Source: Planctomycetota bacterium
Lineage (GTDB): Bacteria; Planctomycetota; UBA1135; UBA2386
Direction: 5' to 3'
DNA: 64,000 nucleotides
Assembly (NCBI GenBank): GCA_965223545.1
Contig: OZ245006.1
Location: forward strand, 4,672,001 to 4,736,000
Shown one piece after another: positions 61,822 to 64,000 of this stretch. Numbering within the stretch: the stretch's first letter is position 1; the number at the start of each line of letters is the position of its first letter. Made by a program: the position numbers and the translations under genes. The notes under the pieces were generated by a model. It was given only the letters and a program-made list of their open reading frames with translations, was not told the origin of the DNA and made no database searches.

Positions 61822-62772
61822 TCAGAGGGTCTGTTCGTCATACCTCGCGCGAGCCTCGCGCAGGAGCCGCTCCCAGTCGAACGCCGGCCCTGGATCCTGC
61901 TTGTTGGTCTGCACGTGGTAGTGGCCGACGATGCCGGAGAACGCGTGGAGGGCGTCGGGTTCCATCCGTTCGGCGGTGACGTTGCCGTCGGCTCCGCGCG
62001 GGATCTGCAGCTCCACCTTGGGCAGGACACGGGCCAGCGTCGCGGTCAGTCTCGCCAGGGCCTCGTACTGCTGCGGCGTGAAGTCGAACTGATAGACCTC
62101 GCGACCGTTGATCGTGCCGCGGTGCAGGGTGTCCGTCGCGGGGCGCGGCACGAACTCCGGTGTGCGCACACCCGGGTCGCCGAGGAACGCCGGATAGCGG
62201 ATGAAGCGTCCGGCCGCATCCTCGTCGTACCACCGCCGCATCGCCGGATGCCCGGGCTGCGGATAGGCGCCCGGGTGCGCGATCTCGATGCCGATGGAGT
62301 GGTCGTTGGCGATGGTTGCGTGCCAGGCGCGTTCCTGCAGGTCCAGCGTCTGGTAGAGCGTGCCGTCGACGTCGAGCATGAAGTGCACCGACAGGTTGCG
62401 TTCGTCTTGCAGCACCTTGAAGCACTGTCGGGAGACACCGGCGACGTCGTAGTGCAGGACGAACAGGTGGACGACCGCGCGCAGGTCCTCGAGGGTCCAG
62501 CCGCGTTCGGCGACGCGCGCGGCGATCGGGGCGGGCAGGTTGCGGCGTGTGCCGTAGCGGCGGCTCTCGGTTTCGTCGGCGCGCAGCGGTCGGAAACGCG
62601 GCACCGTGGAGTAGGCGTCGTAGCCACCGGGGTCGGTCCACAGCACCACCGGCGTGCCGGTGTGGAAGCGCTGGCCGCAGACTACGATCTCGTCGCCTAC
62701 GGTCGCTGTGGCATGGCAACCGGCGAGTGCTGCGGCGAGCAGCGCCGCGCAGATCTGCGCTCCGCGGTTCAA
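61822..62772 (-). CDS. N-acetylmuramoyl-L-alanine amidase (Amidase_2), lipoprotein
   Basis: LAGC lipobox, VLHY, SVHF, RAWHA, SIGIE, VGH, KQDPG. TTG start overlaps the upstream stop. Confidence 0.88.
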   Translation of the reverse strand: MNRGAQICAALLAAALAGCHATATVGDEIVVCGQRFHTGTPVVLWTDPGGYDAYSTVPRFRPLRADETESRRYGTRRNLPAPIAARVAERGWTLEDLRAVVHLFVLHYDVAGVSRQCFKVLQDERNLSVHFMLDVDGTLYQTLDLQERAWHATIANDHSIGIEIAHPGAYPQPGHPAMRRWYDEDAAGRFIRYPAFLGDPGVRTPEFVPRPATDTLHRGTINGREVYQFDFTPQQYEALARLTATLARVLPKVELQIPRGADGNVTAERMEPDALHAFSGIVGHYHVQTNKQDPGPAFDWERLLREARARYDEQTL

Positions 62773-63440
62773 CGGCGGCCGGCCACGGCGGCGCCGAGCG
62801 CACCGAACAAGCCACCGGCGATGACCGTGAAGATTGGCCAGATGGTGAGCTGAGGCGTGCACAACGCGAACAGCAACTCGTTGCCTTCAGCGGCGGGGAC
62901 GCCGACGGGCAGCTTGGTGTAGTGCGTGTCCCAACCGTTCTCCAGTGCTAGCCACGTGACGATGACGACGGGGATGCGTGCCGCGAATCCGTAGAGCAAC
63001 AGTGTTCGACCCAGGCGCCACCACGCCGACATGCCGACGAACAGGCTGATCACCGCGAGCAGCAGGAGATAGCCGAGGCCGCGGGGTTCGCCCGGGTTGT
63101 CGGCATCCGGTGTGAACACCAAGCCGAGTGCCGACAGACCGAAGAAGCCGCCGATCACGATGGCGAGTGCGACGATGAGCCTCACGAAGACCGCAGGTAG
63201 GTGATCCGGCTCGCCGTAGGCGCGGCGCAGCTTGAAGCCGAACCAGAAGCCGAACACGGGAATGAGCCAGGAGATTCCGACCCAGCCCGGCTTGGGTTCG
63301 CCGCCGGGCGCGACGTTGCTGAACAGCTGGTCGTTCCAACCCTGCAGCTCACCGACGAGCCGCAAAATGGTGACGACGAGCGAGATCAGCGCCGGGATGG
63401 CGATCAGCGACCAGGTCGAGGGGCGCGACTTGTCTGACAT
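62769..63440 (-). CDS. Hypothetical multi-pass membrane protein
   Basis: About six hydrophobic segments; coupled to the amidase. Confidence 0.75.
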   Translation of the reverse strand: MSDKSRPSTWSLIAIPALISLVVTILRLVGELQGWNDQLFSNVAPGGEPKPGWVGISWLIPVFGFWFGFKLRRAYGEPDHLPAVFVRLIVALAIVIGGFFGLSALGLVFTPDADNPGEPRGLGYLLLLAVISLFVGMSAWWRLGRTLLLYGFAARIPVVIVTWLALENGWDTHYTKLPVGVPAAEGNELLFALCTPQLTIWPIFTVIAGGLFGALGAAVAGRR

Positions 63441-63509
63441 GAGGCGGCACGATAGAGGAGAGTCCGTGCCCCAGCCAACGCAATGGGGCTTTCGTCACTT
63501 GGAGCGCAC

Positions 63510-63728
63510 ATGCACGTCGAGATCGAGTACTGCGGGGTTTGAGGCTTCGAGCCGCAGGCGACCAGTTTGGCCGCCGCCATCCACGGAGAGTTCCCCGACG
63601 CCGAGGTCCAGCTGATTCGAGGCGGCGGCGGTGTGTTCACCGTCGAGGTCGAGGGCCGCCGGCTGTGGGACAAGAAGCAGAGCGGGCGGTTTCCCGAGGA
63701 TGACGAAATCCTGCGTGAGCTGCGCTGA
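63510..63728 (+). CDS. Rdx-family SelW/SelT/SelH-like selenoprotein (CxxU; Sec at TGA 63540-63542), 72 aa
   Basis: GGAG RBS. MHVEIEYCGV-U-GFEPQATSLAAAIHGEFPDAEVQLIRGGGGVFTVEVEGRRLWDKKQSGRFPEDDEILRELR. Confidence 0.92.
63557..63575 (+). promoter_or_regulatory. Candidate bacterial SECIS element
   Basis: GGCG-A-CCA-GTT-TGG-C-CGCC; G-starting loop 22 nt after the UGA. Confidence 0.62.
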
Positions 63729-63804
63729 TGCGGACCGGCGCCGCGTGGGTGTCTCGAGTGCCGTTGTCTCGAGTGGAGGGGCCTCGGTCGCCGATGGAAG
63801 GCAC

Positions 63805-64000
63805 ATGGGCGCGCTGCAAGCGGTTGGTTTGGCGGTGCTCGTCGTCTGTAGCCTCGGCTGGGCCGGGGCCGTGGCGCGGCGGCTGCCATCCGATCTGAGC
63901 GACTACCGCACAGGTGATGATGCCGATCGCATCGCGATCGGCGTTCACTGGGTCATCGCGGTCTTGGCGTTGCTGGTGGGGATTGGCCTGGGCTGGCCGT
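63805..64000 (+). CDS. Partial CDS, small membrane protein
   Basis: GGAAGG RBS; MGALQAVGLAVLVVCSLGWAGAV... stays open to the window end. Confidence 0.55.
   Translation, partial: MGALQAVGLAVLVVCSLGWAGAVARRLPSDLSDYRTGDDADRIAIGVHWVIAVLALLVGIGLGWP

Noticed and set aside
29911..63728. Genome-wide UGA reassignment (code 4/25)
   Set aside because: Many genes end normally at TGA; readthrough is implied only at two redox-Cys positions with downstream hairpins.
63750..63775. TGTCTCGAGTG direct repeat (two copies, 15-bp period)
   Set aside because: Only two copies, with no other instance noticed; cannot assign a function.
63495..63806. 103-aa minus-strand ORF in the track
   Set aside because: Antisense shadow of the SelW-like selenoprotein.

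Overview
High-GC, gene-dense bacterial chromosome segment. It is most likely from an uncultured Planctomycetota lineage; this is inferred from planctomycete-type ECF sigma factors, a Ser/Thr kinase-TPR protein, sulfatases and FG-GAP proteins. In order, it contains: (1) a TonB-dependent uptake locus (secreted beta-helix-like protein, TPR lipoprotein, TBDR, DUF3450, two ExbB, ExbD, TonB, TPR); (2) a metallohydrolase, ECF sigma factor, sulfatase and EthD; (3) a compact his operon hisG-hisC/HAD-hisB-hisH-hisF-hisA/I/E-hisD with an unannotated His-rich leader peptide and attenuator; (4) a propeller-sulfatase fusion, PIG-L deacetylase and questin-oxidase-like Tat protein; (5) a TlpA-type UxxC selenoprotein; (6) a DUF2911 gene and blaR/blaI sharing a 16-bp operator-like motif; (7) D-amino-acid oxidase, M61-like peptidase, GSII, Lrp and clostripain; (8) MscS, an ECF sigma factor and a cluster of secreted proteins; (9) egtB, a GT39-like glycosyltransferase, a frameshifted nuclease-NACHT (probable defence) gene, a kinase and an amidase; (10) a small CxxU Rdx/SelW selenoprotein missed by the ORF track. 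Highlights: a shared ~120-aa C-terminal domain on 5-6 unrelated secreted proteins (candidate sorting signal), two UGA-recoded selenoproteins with SECIS-like hairpins, the his attenuator, a fungal-His4-like HisA-I-E fusion, and a 32-bp repeat with an inverted core downstream of both ECF genes. No rRNA, tRNA, CRISPR array or transposase was recognised. All family calls come from reading motifs by eye; no searches were run.
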